A stretch of 20,048 nucleotides of DNA, taken from IMG/VR virus record IMGVR_UViG_2671180847_000011; one strand, given 5' to 3'. The notes under the pieces are model-generated. The model was not told the DNA's origin. It did no database searches and saw only the letters and a program-made list of their open reading frames with translations. The stretch is from a virus (taxonomy: Duplodnaviria > Heunggongvirae > Uroviricota > Caudoviricetes). The position numbers and the translations under genes were made by a program. Positions 1 to 7,386 of this stretch are shown here, piece by piece; position 1 is the first letter of the stretch, and each line of letters begins with the position of its first letter.

Positions 1-201
1 TTACCCATTGGCGCGGCTTAAGAGCTTATTTTTGAATTCACAATGGTCACGATATAACCATCTTGCTCGCCCGTGGATAACTTTGGCTTTTGGCAGGTCG
101 CCGGACTTAATCCGGTCATAGATGAAGGTCTTACCGAAGCCAGTATCAGCCATGATGAATTTCAAATCAACCAGTGAATCAGGTTGTAGTTCGTGTTGCA
201 T
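1..201 (-). CDS. xis: Excisionase / AlpA-family small DNA-binding protein (Xis-like), 66 aa
   Basis: Complete ORF at the left edge, at the distal end of the leftward operon; small basic protein (MQHELQPD...GRARWLYRDHCEF) typical of prophage excisionase/AlpA regulators. Integrase would lie beyond the window. Confidence 0.6.
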   Translation of the reverse strand: MQHELQPDSLVDLKFIMADTGFGKTFIYDRIKSGDLPKAKVIHGRARWLYRDHCEFKNKLLSRANG

Positions 202-243
202 GAGTGCTATCTCCGAATAGGGAATCGAACCTGCAAATCAGGC

Positions 244-266
244 AATAAAAAACCGCCATCAGGCGG
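244..266 (-). terminator. Rho-independent terminator for leftward transcripts
   Basis: Stem ccgcc(253-257)/ggcgg(262-266) with loop atca; on the minus strand the hairpin is followed by TTTTTTATT (forward A-run 244-252). Confidence 0.5.
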
Positions 267-332
267 CTTGGTGTTCTTTCAGTTCTTCAATTCGAATATT
301 GGTTACATTGTTTTCATATATGAATAAATAAA

Positions 333-512
333 TTAGCTTTTTTCGTTGCCTTCGCTTTCTTTATTAATTTTAACAAACTCGTTTTTACCACGCTCTCCAA
401 ATGCGTCTTTAGAGTCGTTGTATCCGCAATCGCAGCACACATAATCTCCAGACCATCCACGCATTGTTTTTTCTTTTGCAATATTTCCAGAACCGCATTT
501 TGGACAAGACAT
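333..512 (-). CDS. Small zinc-ribbon protein (CPKCG...CCDCG), 59 aa
   Basis: Two Cys pairs; an internal ATG at 512 is preceded by GGAGG at 7-nt spacing, so the true start is probably shorter than the track ORF (333-545). Confidence 0.5.
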   Translation of the reverse strand: MSCPKCGSGNIAKEKTMRGWSGDYVCCDCGYNDSKDAFGERGKNEFVKINKESEGNEKS

Positions 513-608
513 ATCACTACCTCCAAAGCATGAGTGAGATGACAACGTAACATTGATTGGAGATTAACAATAGATTGCTGATGTAAAAGATATGTATAAG
601 CTTCGCTT

Positions 609-1268
609 TCAAAGTGGAGGCTCTGGTAGCCGCATCCAGTGTGACGGCTCACATACCCCCTCAACACCATTCATGTAAAAGAATTGAAATAACCCTTTAC
701 CTTTGTGAAACCCTACCATCTGCTCTTTAGTGTCTGAGCAATAAACCAAAACATCTTCTTCGTTTGGCATTCGATCACTACAGCTTATCCAACCATCAGG
801 AGTTACCGGAGAGTTGCCACCGGGAATATTTTCCGGAATATTTTGTTGTGCGTTTTGTGGTTGTTCGGATTTACCCTGAAGCATGGCGGCGCGGCAGGCG
901 TTCCAGCCAGCTGTTCGCCCAAGCGCGTAAACTTCAGATGGCTCAAGATAATCAATGTCATGCCCATCCTCATCGTCGTTCTCAGGTAATGCAGCAGGTA
1001 CTACCGGTACTGGCGGAGCGGCGTAGACTTCAATAATCCCATTATCAATAGGCCATTCCCCATCCTTGATGTAGTCACTTGTGCCGTCAACTTGCTGTTC
1101 TGCAATGTGGAATGCGCCAATAGGCTCTGCTTCCAGCGATGCCAGTGCAATACGCAGGGCAGCCAGGATATTCCCCTGGTAATCATCAAGCCCGAAAGGA
1201 AGCTCATCACGAACGCTTTCATAATCGTTGATAGCCTGCTGCAGCCATTCTCTTGTGATAGTGCTCAT
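609..1268 (-). CDS. Hypothetical phage protein with C-terminal DUF551-like domain, 219 aa
   Basis: C-terminus ...GWISCSDRMPNEEDVLVY...HWMRLPEPPL resembles the DUF551 signature of prophage early genes; start ATG overlaps the upstream stop (ATGA). Confidence 0.6.
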   Translation of the reverse strand: MSTITREWLQQAINDYESVRDELPFGLDDYQGNILAALRIALASLEAEPIGAFHIAEQQVDGTSDYIKDGEWPIDNGIIEVYAAPPVPVVPAALPENDDEDGHDIDYLEPSEVYALGRTAGWNACRAAMLQGKSEQPQNAQQNIPENIPGGNSPVTPDGWISCSDRMPNEEDVLVYCSDTKEQMVGFHKGKGLFQFFYMNGVEGVCEPSHWMRLPEPPL

Positions 1269-1870
1269 GATGCCTCTCCTTTACATGCTTCGGTGACGTT
1301 TATTCCAGCGTTGTGCAGTGCCTCAAGAACCTGATGCTGCCTGTAAACCATTTCAGTGTGGTAAGGCTCGTCAAAATCGACGCGATGCAACATGCTATAG
1401 CATTGCGGAAGCACAACCTCCCGCAACTCCAGCTCAGCAATGCGCTTCTCTGCGGCTTCCAGCTTCTCGCGCATATCGTCAACGTACTCGACCAGAGATC
1501 CGCCAGCAGGAATTTCGCACTCCTCGACCAGTTGGAAGTAGATATCAGCTGCGGCCCGTGTGTTGCTATGCCTAGCGTCGCCCATCTCACCTTCACGAAG
1601 AGCATCGCGTTCGGCGGTAAGATTGGCTATTTTGCTGTCTTTGCCTTCCAGCTCAACGCGCAGCTTCCCTACCGTTAGCGCAATTTCCTCGTTCTCCTGG
1701 TCGCGGGATTTGATGTATTGCTGGTTCCTTTCCCGTTCATCCAGTAGTGCCAGCACAACCTGAGGTGTGACCTTCATACGAAATGCCAGCAATTTTTGTG
1801 GTGTGGCTGCTATTTTTATTGCTTCTGCCGCATCACGCAGTGCCTGATAGTCAATTGTCATTCTCGCCAT
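1265..1870 (-). CDS. Hypothetical coiled-coil protein (possibly Ead/Ea22-like), 201 aa
   Basis: Long ORF with heptad-like charged segments (ELEGKDSKIANLTAERDALREGE...), coupled to both flanking genes by overlaps. Confidence 0.55.
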   Translation of the reverse strand: MARMTIDYQALRDAAEAIKIAATPQKLLAFRMKVTPQVVLALLDERERNQQYIKSRDQENEEIALTVGKLRVELEGKDSKIANLTAERDALREGEMGDARHSNTRAAADIYFQLVEECEIPAGGSLVEYVDDMREKLEAAEKRIAELELREVVLPQCYSMLHRVDFDEPYHTEMVYRQHQVLEALHNAGINVTEACKGEAS

Positions 1871-2502
1871 CCTTCACAGTTGTAATCACTACAGCCTTCA
1901 AAATCATATGGGCTGTACTGCCAGGAGATTTTTCCGCAATGCGGACAATTCCAACGCACCTTCCCGCTTCGCGACTTCTTTCTTCTGTTCTGCTCTTTCA
2001 ACCAGTCAGGCATGACCAAACCTGCGCCCTGAACCATTGTTCTGCGGTTAAAGTTATTGATATTGAACGTCCTGCGCTTTGCTGCATCAGCAATGGAAAA
2101 TGGCAACCAAACTATTCCTGGTTCGTTTTTGTTGGCGACGCTAAAGATGGTCGCTTTACTGAAGTCATCTGTTGGCAATCCACCGTGTTGAAGCCAGTAA
2201 ACATCGTTGCCGTTCCAGCTACCTTTTTTGTAGGCCACATACGCAGTGCAATCTGACTCAATCAGGCTTTCTGTAGGGATGTACTGGCAATCAACGTGCC
2301 ACACTGCCATTGCATCCACGCTATCAGCGCAAACAGGCTGATCGATATCTCGCCCACAATTCCAGGCTTTTTGGGCTTCTTCCAGCGTGTAAACATGAGC
2401 GCGATCGATATCAGAACTGTAACCATTGCCGTTATGGCAATGGAATGAAGCGTTATTGCCCACAGTTTCACGCGAGCACATCATGTAAAAACGGTTAGTC
2501 AC
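1858..2502 (-). CDS. Hypothetical Cys-rich protein, about 214 aa
   Basis: Track ORF 1858-2523 begins at a GTG; AGGAGG lies 6 nt upstream of an internal GTG at 2502, the more likely start. C-terminus has CPHCG...CSDYNCEGW, a possible zinc-binding motif. Confidence 0.55.
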   Translation of the reverse strand: MTNRFYMMCSRETVGNNASFHCHNGNGYSSDIDRAHVYTLEEAQKAWNCGRDIDQPVCADSVDAMAVWHVDCQYIPTESLIESDCTAYVAYKKGSWNGNDVYWLQHGGLPTDDFSKATIFSVANKNEPGIVWLPFSIADAAKRRTFNINNFNRRTMVQGAGLVMPDWLKEQNRRKKSRSGKVRWNCPHCGKISWQYSPYDFEGCSDYNCEGWRE

Positions 2503-2666
2503 TGGCTGCCTCCTTTGCGCCACATCGCATTCAGATATTTGTTTTCATTCACTGATGGAAAAGAATTTCTCTTAAGTAATTCCTCTCTCGATGGCATTGG
2601 CTTTACGCGTTGGCGAATAATCATTTCTGCCGGAAGAATGCCGGGATTGTATGCAAGTCCTCTCAT
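2499..2666 (-). CDS. Small hypothetical protein, 55 aa
   Basis: My own translation ([20 protein letters not shown]...); below the track size cutoff. ATG overlaps the stop of the upstream reading frame (ATGA); GGAG 9 nt upstream. Confidence 0.35.
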   Translation of the reverse strand: MRGLAYNPGILPAEMIIRQRVKPMPSREELLKRNSFPSVNENKYLNAMWRKGGSQ

Positions 2667-2954
2667 GATTTACTCTCCACGAACTGGTCAATAGCCATGC
2701 TAAGTGACATACCTAAAGCTTCGATATGCTGCTGAATATCCTGTAGCGTCCGTGCCTGAGATAACAGAATTTCACGGTTGCATAACTCTTTAACCAGATG
2801 CTCAAACTTGCTGTAATAACCGATACGGCTTAGTGTTTCTTTCCCTGCATTCTCGCCTTCTTTGATAATTCCTCTTTCGCTAAGAATCAGATCGTGTTTG
2901 GTTCCGGTAATAACGTATTTTTCCGAGGTCGATGTTTAGCTTCATTGTTTTCAT
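2664..2954 (-). pseudogene. Frameshift-interrupted gene of about 95 codons
   Basis: ATG at 2954 with GAGGAA RBS opens MKTMKLNIDLGK..., which stops at 2880; a different frame stays open from 2935 down to the TGA at 2664 (YVITGTKHDLILSERGIIKEGENAGKETLSRIGYYSKFEHLVKELCNREILLSQ...) but has no start codon. The frames switch at a 5-A run near 2915-2920. Confidence 0.35.
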
Positions 2955-2964
2955 TGTTAATTCC

Positions 2965-3261
2965 TCAGTCATTACTGATAGCGCCATAGCGTGAGCGGTA
3001 ATTACGCAGGCGCGGGTCGATATATTCAGGGAAGTGGGTATATGTGGCTTTGCGGAATGGTCGGATTGATGTCTGGTAAATTCGCTCGCGTTCTTCTTTC
3101 TCTGCAAGCCATATACAGTGGCGAAATTCCTTTTCCTCTTTCGTTTCCTGCGGTAGCGACATTATCCGGTCGTAGTTTTTCCTGAATTTATCCAGCACCT
3201 CCGATACGGAATTGCCGGAACAGCGGCGTGGGTCATCCGCACCATACAGAGGCGCTGGCAT
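2965..3261 (-). CDS. Hypothetical early protein, 98 aa (position fits an anti-RecBCD Abc-like gene; unverified)
   Basis: ORF with AAGGA RBS 7 nt upstream of ATG 3261; sits immediately downstream of the erf-ssb recombination genes. Confidence 0.5.
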   Translation of the reverse strand: MPAPLYGADDPRRCSGNSVSEVLDKFRKNYDRIMSLPQETKEEKEFRHCIWLAEKEERERIYQTSIRPFRKATYTHFPEYIDPRLRNYRSRYGAISND

Positions 3262-3284
3262 AATTAAATCCTTATTTTTCTAAA

Positions 3285-3668
3285 TCAGAATGGGATGGAA
3301 TCGTCGTATACAGGAGTGTTCTGCTGGTTACTACTTTGCTGCTGCGGGCCATTTCCTGAAGCTGCAAATCCAATCTTTGCATTCAGTAATTCAAGAGTGA
3401 TTGATTGACCATTTTGCCCCTGATAAACATCAACCCTGATGTTTTCTCCGGTAATTTCCACAATGCCACCTTCAACAAGAACACTACGGTAGTAATCCGC
3501 TTGCGCTCCCGGCTTGGCAAATACAACGGCGCTGTAGTTTGTCCATTCTTTCTTTTTTGTCTGGCGATCGTAATACTGAACGCCAGCACGGATGTTGAAT
3601 CCGATATTTTCCCCGGCCTGAAACTCTCTTGCGGGCTTGTTTAGTCTTACAGTAATCGAATGTGCCAT
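3285..3668 (-). CDS. ssb: Single-stranded DNA-binding protein-like, 127 aa
   Basis: Gly/Gln-rich tail ending in the SSB acidic tip ...PVYDDSIPF; start ATG at 3668 shares a base with the erf stop (TAATG). The track ORF extends further (to 3758) but overlaps erf. Confidence 0.65.
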   Translation of the reverse strand: MAHSITVRLNKPAREFQAGENIGFNIRAGVQYYDRQTKKKEWTNYSAVVFAKPGAQADYYRSVLVEGGIVEITGENIRVDVYQGQNGQSITLELLNAKIGFAASGNGPQQQSSNQQNTPVYDDSIPF

Positions 3669-4273
3669 TAAGCAGCCGCTCCTTCTAATTCGTCTCGTCT
3701 GATGTTGTAAACGTCCTGCGCTTTGTGCTGCTCCGGTGTGCCTTCGAGCATCTTCCACGCTTTGGCGAACGCCTGTTTAAGCTCTTCTACGGTGTTTTTC
3801 TGCATTGCTGCGTCAGTGAATGCTTTTAGAACCTGTTCAGGTGTAGGTGATGGTTTTGATTGCTTTGCTGCTGCGTTCTGCTGATGTTTATGCTCGTTTG
3901 TATCTGCATCTTTCGCATCATCAATGCCGAACAAACCATTGAGGCAATACTTGCGTGCATAAGAGCTTGTGGCTCCAGTAACTTGTGCAGAATCCATTCC
4001 TTTCTTGCTTTCTTCCTCTCGTGCAAGAGCGGTTGCCGTATGACTGTTTTCGCCATCGGTAATAGTTGCCGTGGCTTTCACGTAATACCGATCACCAATC
4101 AACACAACTTCATCGCTGATTGATAAAAACAGGCCATTCAGTAACGGCTTAACGCCTTCAAGAATGTCTTCGCAGCTTCTGTATTTATATTTACCGAATG
4201 AGTTGTACTGATTCTTTGGCGCGTTCAGATTCTCCTGAATAGCTGCCAGTCTTGCGTAAAATTCTTTGCTCAT
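3668..4273 (-). CDS. erf: Erf-family single-strand annealing protein, about 201 aa
   Basis: MSKEFYARLAAIQENLNAPKNQYNSFGKYKYRSCEDILEGVKPLL...ARKYCLNGLFGIDD closely matches my memory of P22 Erf; start set at the ATG at 4273 rather than the upstream TTG used by the track. Confidence 0.8.
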   Translation of the reverse strand: MSKEFYARLAAIQENLNAPKNQYNSFGKYKYRSCEDILEGVKPLLNGLFLSISDEVVLIGDRYYVKATATITDGENSHTATALAREEESKKGMDSAQVTGATSSYARKYCLNGLFGIDDAKDADTNEHKHQQNAAAKQSKPSPTPEQVLKAFTDAAMQKNTVEELKQAFAKAWKMLEGTPEQHKAQDVYNIRRDELEGAAA

Positions 4274-4283
4274 ATGATTGTTC

Positions 4284-4454
4284 TCAGAACGGACACGGCC
4301 CAAGGAAATAACGCTGATTTAATACTTCAGTCTTTGCCGCATTTAAAAATACGCGAACACCTTCACGATCTCCCTTCTGGCGATACATTAACGCCTGCTG
4401 CGTGTACATGCGTCTCTGTAACTTGCTCTCCTTCACTGTGGTTGCAAGTGACAT
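4284..4454 (-). CDS. Small hypothetical protein, 56 aa
   Basis: My own translation (MSLATTVKESKLQRRMYTQQ...); ATG at 4454 is preceded by AGGAG at 6-nt spacing. Overlaps the next ORF (4363-4533) in another frame, so one of the two is doubtful. Confidence 0.3.
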   Translation of the reverse strand: MSLATTVKESKLQRRMYTQQALMYRQKGDREGVRVFLNAAKTEVLNQRYFLGPCPF

Positions 4455-4533
4455 GAATATCTCCTTCGTTACCGATTAATTCTTTCATCTGACGAATGAA
4501 TTCTTCGTCTGACCAGTTATCCGTAAAACTCAT
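4363..4533 (-). CDS. Small acidic hypothetical protein, 56 aa
   Basis: MSFTDNWSDEEFIRQMKELIGNEGDIH...; ATG at 4533 overlaps the stop of the upstream small gene (ATGA). The C-terminal half overlaps ORF 4284-4454. Confidence 0.3.
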   Translation of the reverse strand: MSFTDNWSDEEFIRQMKELIGNEGDIHVTCNHSEGEQVTETHVHAAGVNVSPEGRS

Positions 4534-4682
4534 TTCCTGCGATACCACGGAAGGTTGATAGCTGATTTCATCGCTTTATTTGCTTCAAGCCACATTTTTG
4601 AATCACCAATAAATCGGGCTATTACTGCTTTGTTCTGTGCAGCACGAAGCATCTGGTGATTGATGGCTATTTCATTGCGCAT
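4530..4682 (-). CDS. Small protein in the kil position, 50 aa
   Basis: My own translation (MRNEIAINHQMLRAAQNKAVIARFIGDSKMWLEANK...); GAGG RBS 7 nt upstream; directly downstream of cIII, where lambda carries kil. Family not verified. Confidence 0.4.
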   Translation of the reverse strand: MRNEIAINHQMLRAAQNKAVIARFIGDSKMWLEANKAMKSAINLPWYRRK

Positions 4683-4798
4683 AATAAGACCTCAAATCTT
4701 TTCCATCCGTCACGTAATTTACGGGTGATTCGTTCAAGTAAAGATTCATTTAATTGGAAGGCACCCATGCGAGCGCCTCCCGCGATTGCGTAAATCAT
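4667..4798 (-). CDS. cIII: CIII-like protein (FtsH inhibitor), 43 aa
   Basis: My own translation MIYAIAGGARMGAFQLNESLLERITRKLRDGWKRFEVLLCAMK contains the conserved CIII core ESLLERITRKLRDGWKR; AAGGAA RBS 6 nt upstream of ATG 4798. Confidence 0.7.
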   Translation of the reverse strand: MIYAIAGGARMGAFQLNESLLERITRKLRDGWKRFEVLLCAMK

Positions 4799-4822
4799 GG
4801 GTGGTTCCTTATGTTGGTTTTA

Positions 4823-5791
4823 TTAGTAGGTTATTTTTGTTGCGAATACTTCGCCTTTTACGATGGCTGTTATGATATTTTTAGCAACATCTTCTGATGC
4901 GCCAACCTTGATAAGGTCAGCAAGTATTTTGTTATTTACTTCTTTCCGGTGAGCTTTATCCTTTGCTCTACGCTCTTCTTCGTCCTTGATTCTTTTTTCT
5001 TCTGCTATTCTGGCTTGCTCTTTTGCTTCAGCCTCGCGCCGGATTCGTTCAGCCTCCTCCTGTGCTTTTCGGCGTTCTGCTTCAATTGCCGCCTGCTTTT
5101 CTCTTTCAGCTCGTTCTGCTGCCTCTTTTGCTTCGCGCTGTGCTCGTTGCTCGGCTTCAATGCGTTCACGCTCTGCACGTTCCGCTGCGGCCTTAGCTTC
5201 TGCTTCTCGCCTTGCTGCTGCTTCAATTTCGGCTTTTGCCTTTGCTTCGGCTTCAGATCTGGCTTTCTCTTCAGCTTCTCTTTTTAAGCGTTCTTCATGC
5301 TCTCGCTTTTCCTGCTCCGCTTTGAGTCTTGCCTCTTCTCTTTGGCGGTCAAATTCGCGATCCATCAAAATCGCTATTTCATGGTCAGACTCAATTTGCT
5401 TTGCGAGAGCTTCAGCTGCTGCCTTAGCTTCTTCTTCGGCTTTAATCCGCGCCTGCTCCTCCTCATAATCAGTAAGAGGCTGGCGCGCCTTGGCTTTCAG
5501 TTCATCAAGGCGATCACGCACTGTCTTGCGGTTGGCATCAATTAGCTTTGGAATTTCCTTAAGTTCAGCAACAAGGTCTTTGCCAAGACCATCGAGATAT
5601 GTTTTCGTCTGCGCAACTTTATACGCCAGAGAAGCGATCTCCTTTCTGCCCTTTGCCGTTGTGATATCAGGCACAAAGGACATAACTTCACGTTCAACCT
5701 TTTGAAGGATTTCTTCAATCTGGTCGGCAGACTGAAATACAGTCATTGCATTTGCTTTTTCAATAACAACTAAATCTGTTACTTCACTCAT
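4823..5791 (-). CDS. Hypothetical protein with a long E/A/K/R-rich repeat region, 322 aa
   Basis: Globular N- and C-terminal parts flank about 150 residues of EAKAKAEIEAAARREAEAK-type repeats; GGAGGA RBS immediately upstream of the ATG. Confidence 0.65.
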   Translation of the reverse strand: MSEVTDLVVIEKANAMTVFQSADQIEEILQKVEREVMSFVPDITTAKGRKEIASLAYKVAQTKTYLDGLGKDLVAELKEIPKLIDANRKTVRDRLDELKAKARQPLTDYEEEQARIKAEEEAKAAAEALAKQIESDHEIAILMDREFDRQREEARLKAEQEKREHEERLKREAEEKARSEAEAKAKAEIEAAARREAEAKAAAERAERERIEAEQRAQREAKEAAERAEREKQAAIEAERRKAQEEAERIRREAEAKEQARIAEEKRIKDEEERRAKDKAHRKEVNNKILADLIKVGASEDVAKNIITAIVKGEVFATKITY

Positions 5792-5803
5792 ATATCCTCC
5801 ATC

Positions 5804-5832
5804 AAAAAAATTGCCCTCACATTAGAGGGCAA
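5804..5832 (-). terminator. Rho-independent terminator inside the leftward operon
   Basis: Stem ttgccctc(5811-5818)/gagggcaa(5825-5832), loop acatta; on the minus strand it is followed by a T7 run (forward A-run 5804-5810). Lies 13 nt upstream of the 322-aa gene start. Confidence 0.55.
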
Positions 5833-5925
5833 AGAAGATTTCCAATAATCAGAACAAGTCGGCTCCTGTTTAGTTACGAGCGACATTGCTCCGTGTATTC
5901 ATTCCAACGAGTGAATACACAGTGC

Positions 5926-6114
5926 TTATTCGTCATGCATTTCAGGTAATTCTTCGTATTCGACTCCCCATACGTTTTTACACCAACTAACTCGCTCATA
6001 TCTTTTACAAAAATCAGACCACATAACTTGTGTTCCATCATGGTTTGTTATTACTTCTGTAATATCACCAACACTAACAAAACTGGTATTAGAAGCAGTT
6101 ATTTTTACTTTCAT
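5926..6114 (-). CDS. Small hypothetical protein, 62 aa
   Basis: Track ORF; start ATG shares a base with the stop of the 44-aa ORF upstream (TAATG). Confidence 0.45.
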   Translation of the reverse strand: MKVKITASNTSFVSVGDITEVITNHDGTQVMWSDFCKRYERVSWCKNVWGVEYEELPEMHDE

Positions 6115-6248
6115 TACTCACCTCCAAGAGCATTTGCAGCCTCTTTTGCTTTGTGAATCCATAGCAGAGCCATGTAGTACACAGCCTTTTCGTCGGCTCC
6201 TGTGATATCTTGCTCTGCCATCCATTTTGTAAATTCAACTGCGTTCAT
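6114..6248 (-). CDS. Small hypothetical protein, 44 aa
   Basis: My own translation (MNAVEFTKWMAEQDITGADEKAVYYMALLWIHKAKEAANALGGE); GAGGTGA RBS upstream of ATG 6248. Confidence 0.4.
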   Translation of the reverse strand: MNAVEFTKWMAEQDITGADEKAVYYMALLWIHKAKEAANALGGE

Positions 6249-6285
6249 ATTCACCTCTGTTGTTTATGCCAAAAATAAAGGCCGA

Positions 6286-6909
6286 CTATGCGACCTCGGA
6301 AGGAAGTCCAATCATCTTATTCAAATCTTCTACCCGTAAAGCAGGAAGTGCTGTACTTGCTTTATCTGCTTCTTTTGGTAGCAATTCTTTGCTTTCAGGC
6401 CAAACTTCAATAAGTCGCTTAACTGTTGTGACTGAGTTCAAAGCAGCCCATACATTTGATTCGATATCCTTTTTCTTGGCTTCAAGTTTTTGTTGCAATG
6501 CGCAGATTTCATCAAACCTTTTTGTTATTTCGTGTTCTGCGTCAAACATGCATTTATCTTTTTCTGGGGTGGGGAGCAATATATCTTCACCGTTGCCGTC
6601 TTTTCCGTATGAATGCCAGCCAACCCTTCTTCCAGATACAGTCAGATAAATCGAAGTAGAACGAACATCGCATGAGTAAAATGAACATCCCATCTTCTCA
6701 AGTTCTTCACTTATAGCTGCTAACTTGGATGATAACCGATCCACTTCCTCAGTTTTCTTTTTACCGCCAAACGCAATAACTCTGGCGTCAAGTGCAAGCT
6801 GGTTCTTTAACTTTGTTACTTCTTCAAGTTCAGTGAAAACCCCAGACTTAATTAAAGCGTTACGAGCGATTTCCTCTTTCATTCTCGTAGTTAAGCGGAT
6901 TGATGACAT
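6286..6909 (-). CDS. Hypothetical protein, about 207 aa
   Basis: Start set at the internal ATG at 6909 (MSSIRLTTRMKEE...), which has a GAGAGGAA RBS; the track ORF begins earlier at 6969. No recognisable family. Confidence 0.55.
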   Translation of the reverse strand: MSSIRLTTRMKEEIARNALIKSGVFTELEEVTKLKNQLALDARVIAFGGKKKTEEVDRLSSKLAAISEELEKMGCSFYSCDVRSTSIYLTVSGRRVGWHSYGKDGNGEDILLPTPEKDKCMFDAEHEITKRFDEICALQQKLEAKKKDIESNVWAALNSVTTVKRLIEVWPESKELLPKEADKASTALPALRVEDLNKMIGLPSEVA

Positions 6910-7022
6910 ATTAATTCCTCTCAAATAAGTGGTTTGCTGCCTAATTTCATTTTCTGGCGACCAACACAAGTCACCCCCATTTCACTGCGTGGCTTGCGGT
7001 AGTAAATTAGGTTTGTTCAGAC

Positions 7023-7045
7023 AATAAAAAACCCACCGAAGTGGG
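7023..7045 (-). terminator. Rho-independent terminator (tL1-like) after the N-proximal genes
   Basis: Stem cccac(7032-7036)/gtggg(7041-7045), loop cgaa; on the minus strand it is followed by TTTTTTATT. Directly abuts the stop of the 7046-7384 gene. Confidence 0.6.
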
Positions 7046-7384
7046 CTATGACCATTTTTTATTTGGATTTCGTTGGTGAGCGTGATTAACAACTCTGTGC
7101 ATTACATCCTCATATTTTTCATCTTCAATTTTTTCGACATCGCGAGGAAATGGTGTTGCTAATGCTTTGTCAACTTTGTCCATTGGTTCTTCATTAATCT
7201 TATATTCAGGGCCATCATCTATAGCATTAAATCCAGGTGTTACACCGTTTTTTAATGCATATGCTATCCTTTTTTCCCATCTCGCTATTCTCCTCCTGTC
7301 TCGAGATGTAAGACCTCTATCAGATACTTTTCTGTTTTGTCCGCGGTCAGGATTAACATAAATAGTCTTTTTCACCATAAGCAT
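7046..7384 (-). CDS. Hypothetical basic protein, about 113 aa
   Basis: ORF immediately downstream of N; start uncertain (ATG at 7384 or 7378; the track uses a TTG at 7390). Confidence 0.5.
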   Translation of the reverse strand: MLMVKKTIYVNPDRGQNRKVSDRGLTSRDRRRIARWEKRIAYALKNGVTPGFNAIDDGPEYKINEEPMDKVDKALATPFPRDVEKIEDEKYEDVMHRVVNHAHQRNPNKKWS

Positions 7385-7386
7385 AC

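Noticed and set aside
764-1334. Plus-strand ORFs 764-1036 and 1092-1334, and minus ORF 1001-1222
   Set aside because: Overlap the DUF551 gene in other frames or antisense; Arg/His/Cys-rich composition typical of out-of-frame translation.
3383-3644. ORFs of 68 aa (minus) and 79 aa (plus)
   Set aside because: Alternate-frame and antisense readings inside the SSB-like gene.
4949-5468. Plus-strand ORFs of 112 and 160 aa (and minus ORF 5005-5226) with S/F/C/L-rich or A/S/R-rich products
   Set aside because: Alternative-frame and antisense readings of the repetitive E/A/K-rich core of the 322-aa gene; low-complexity artefacts.
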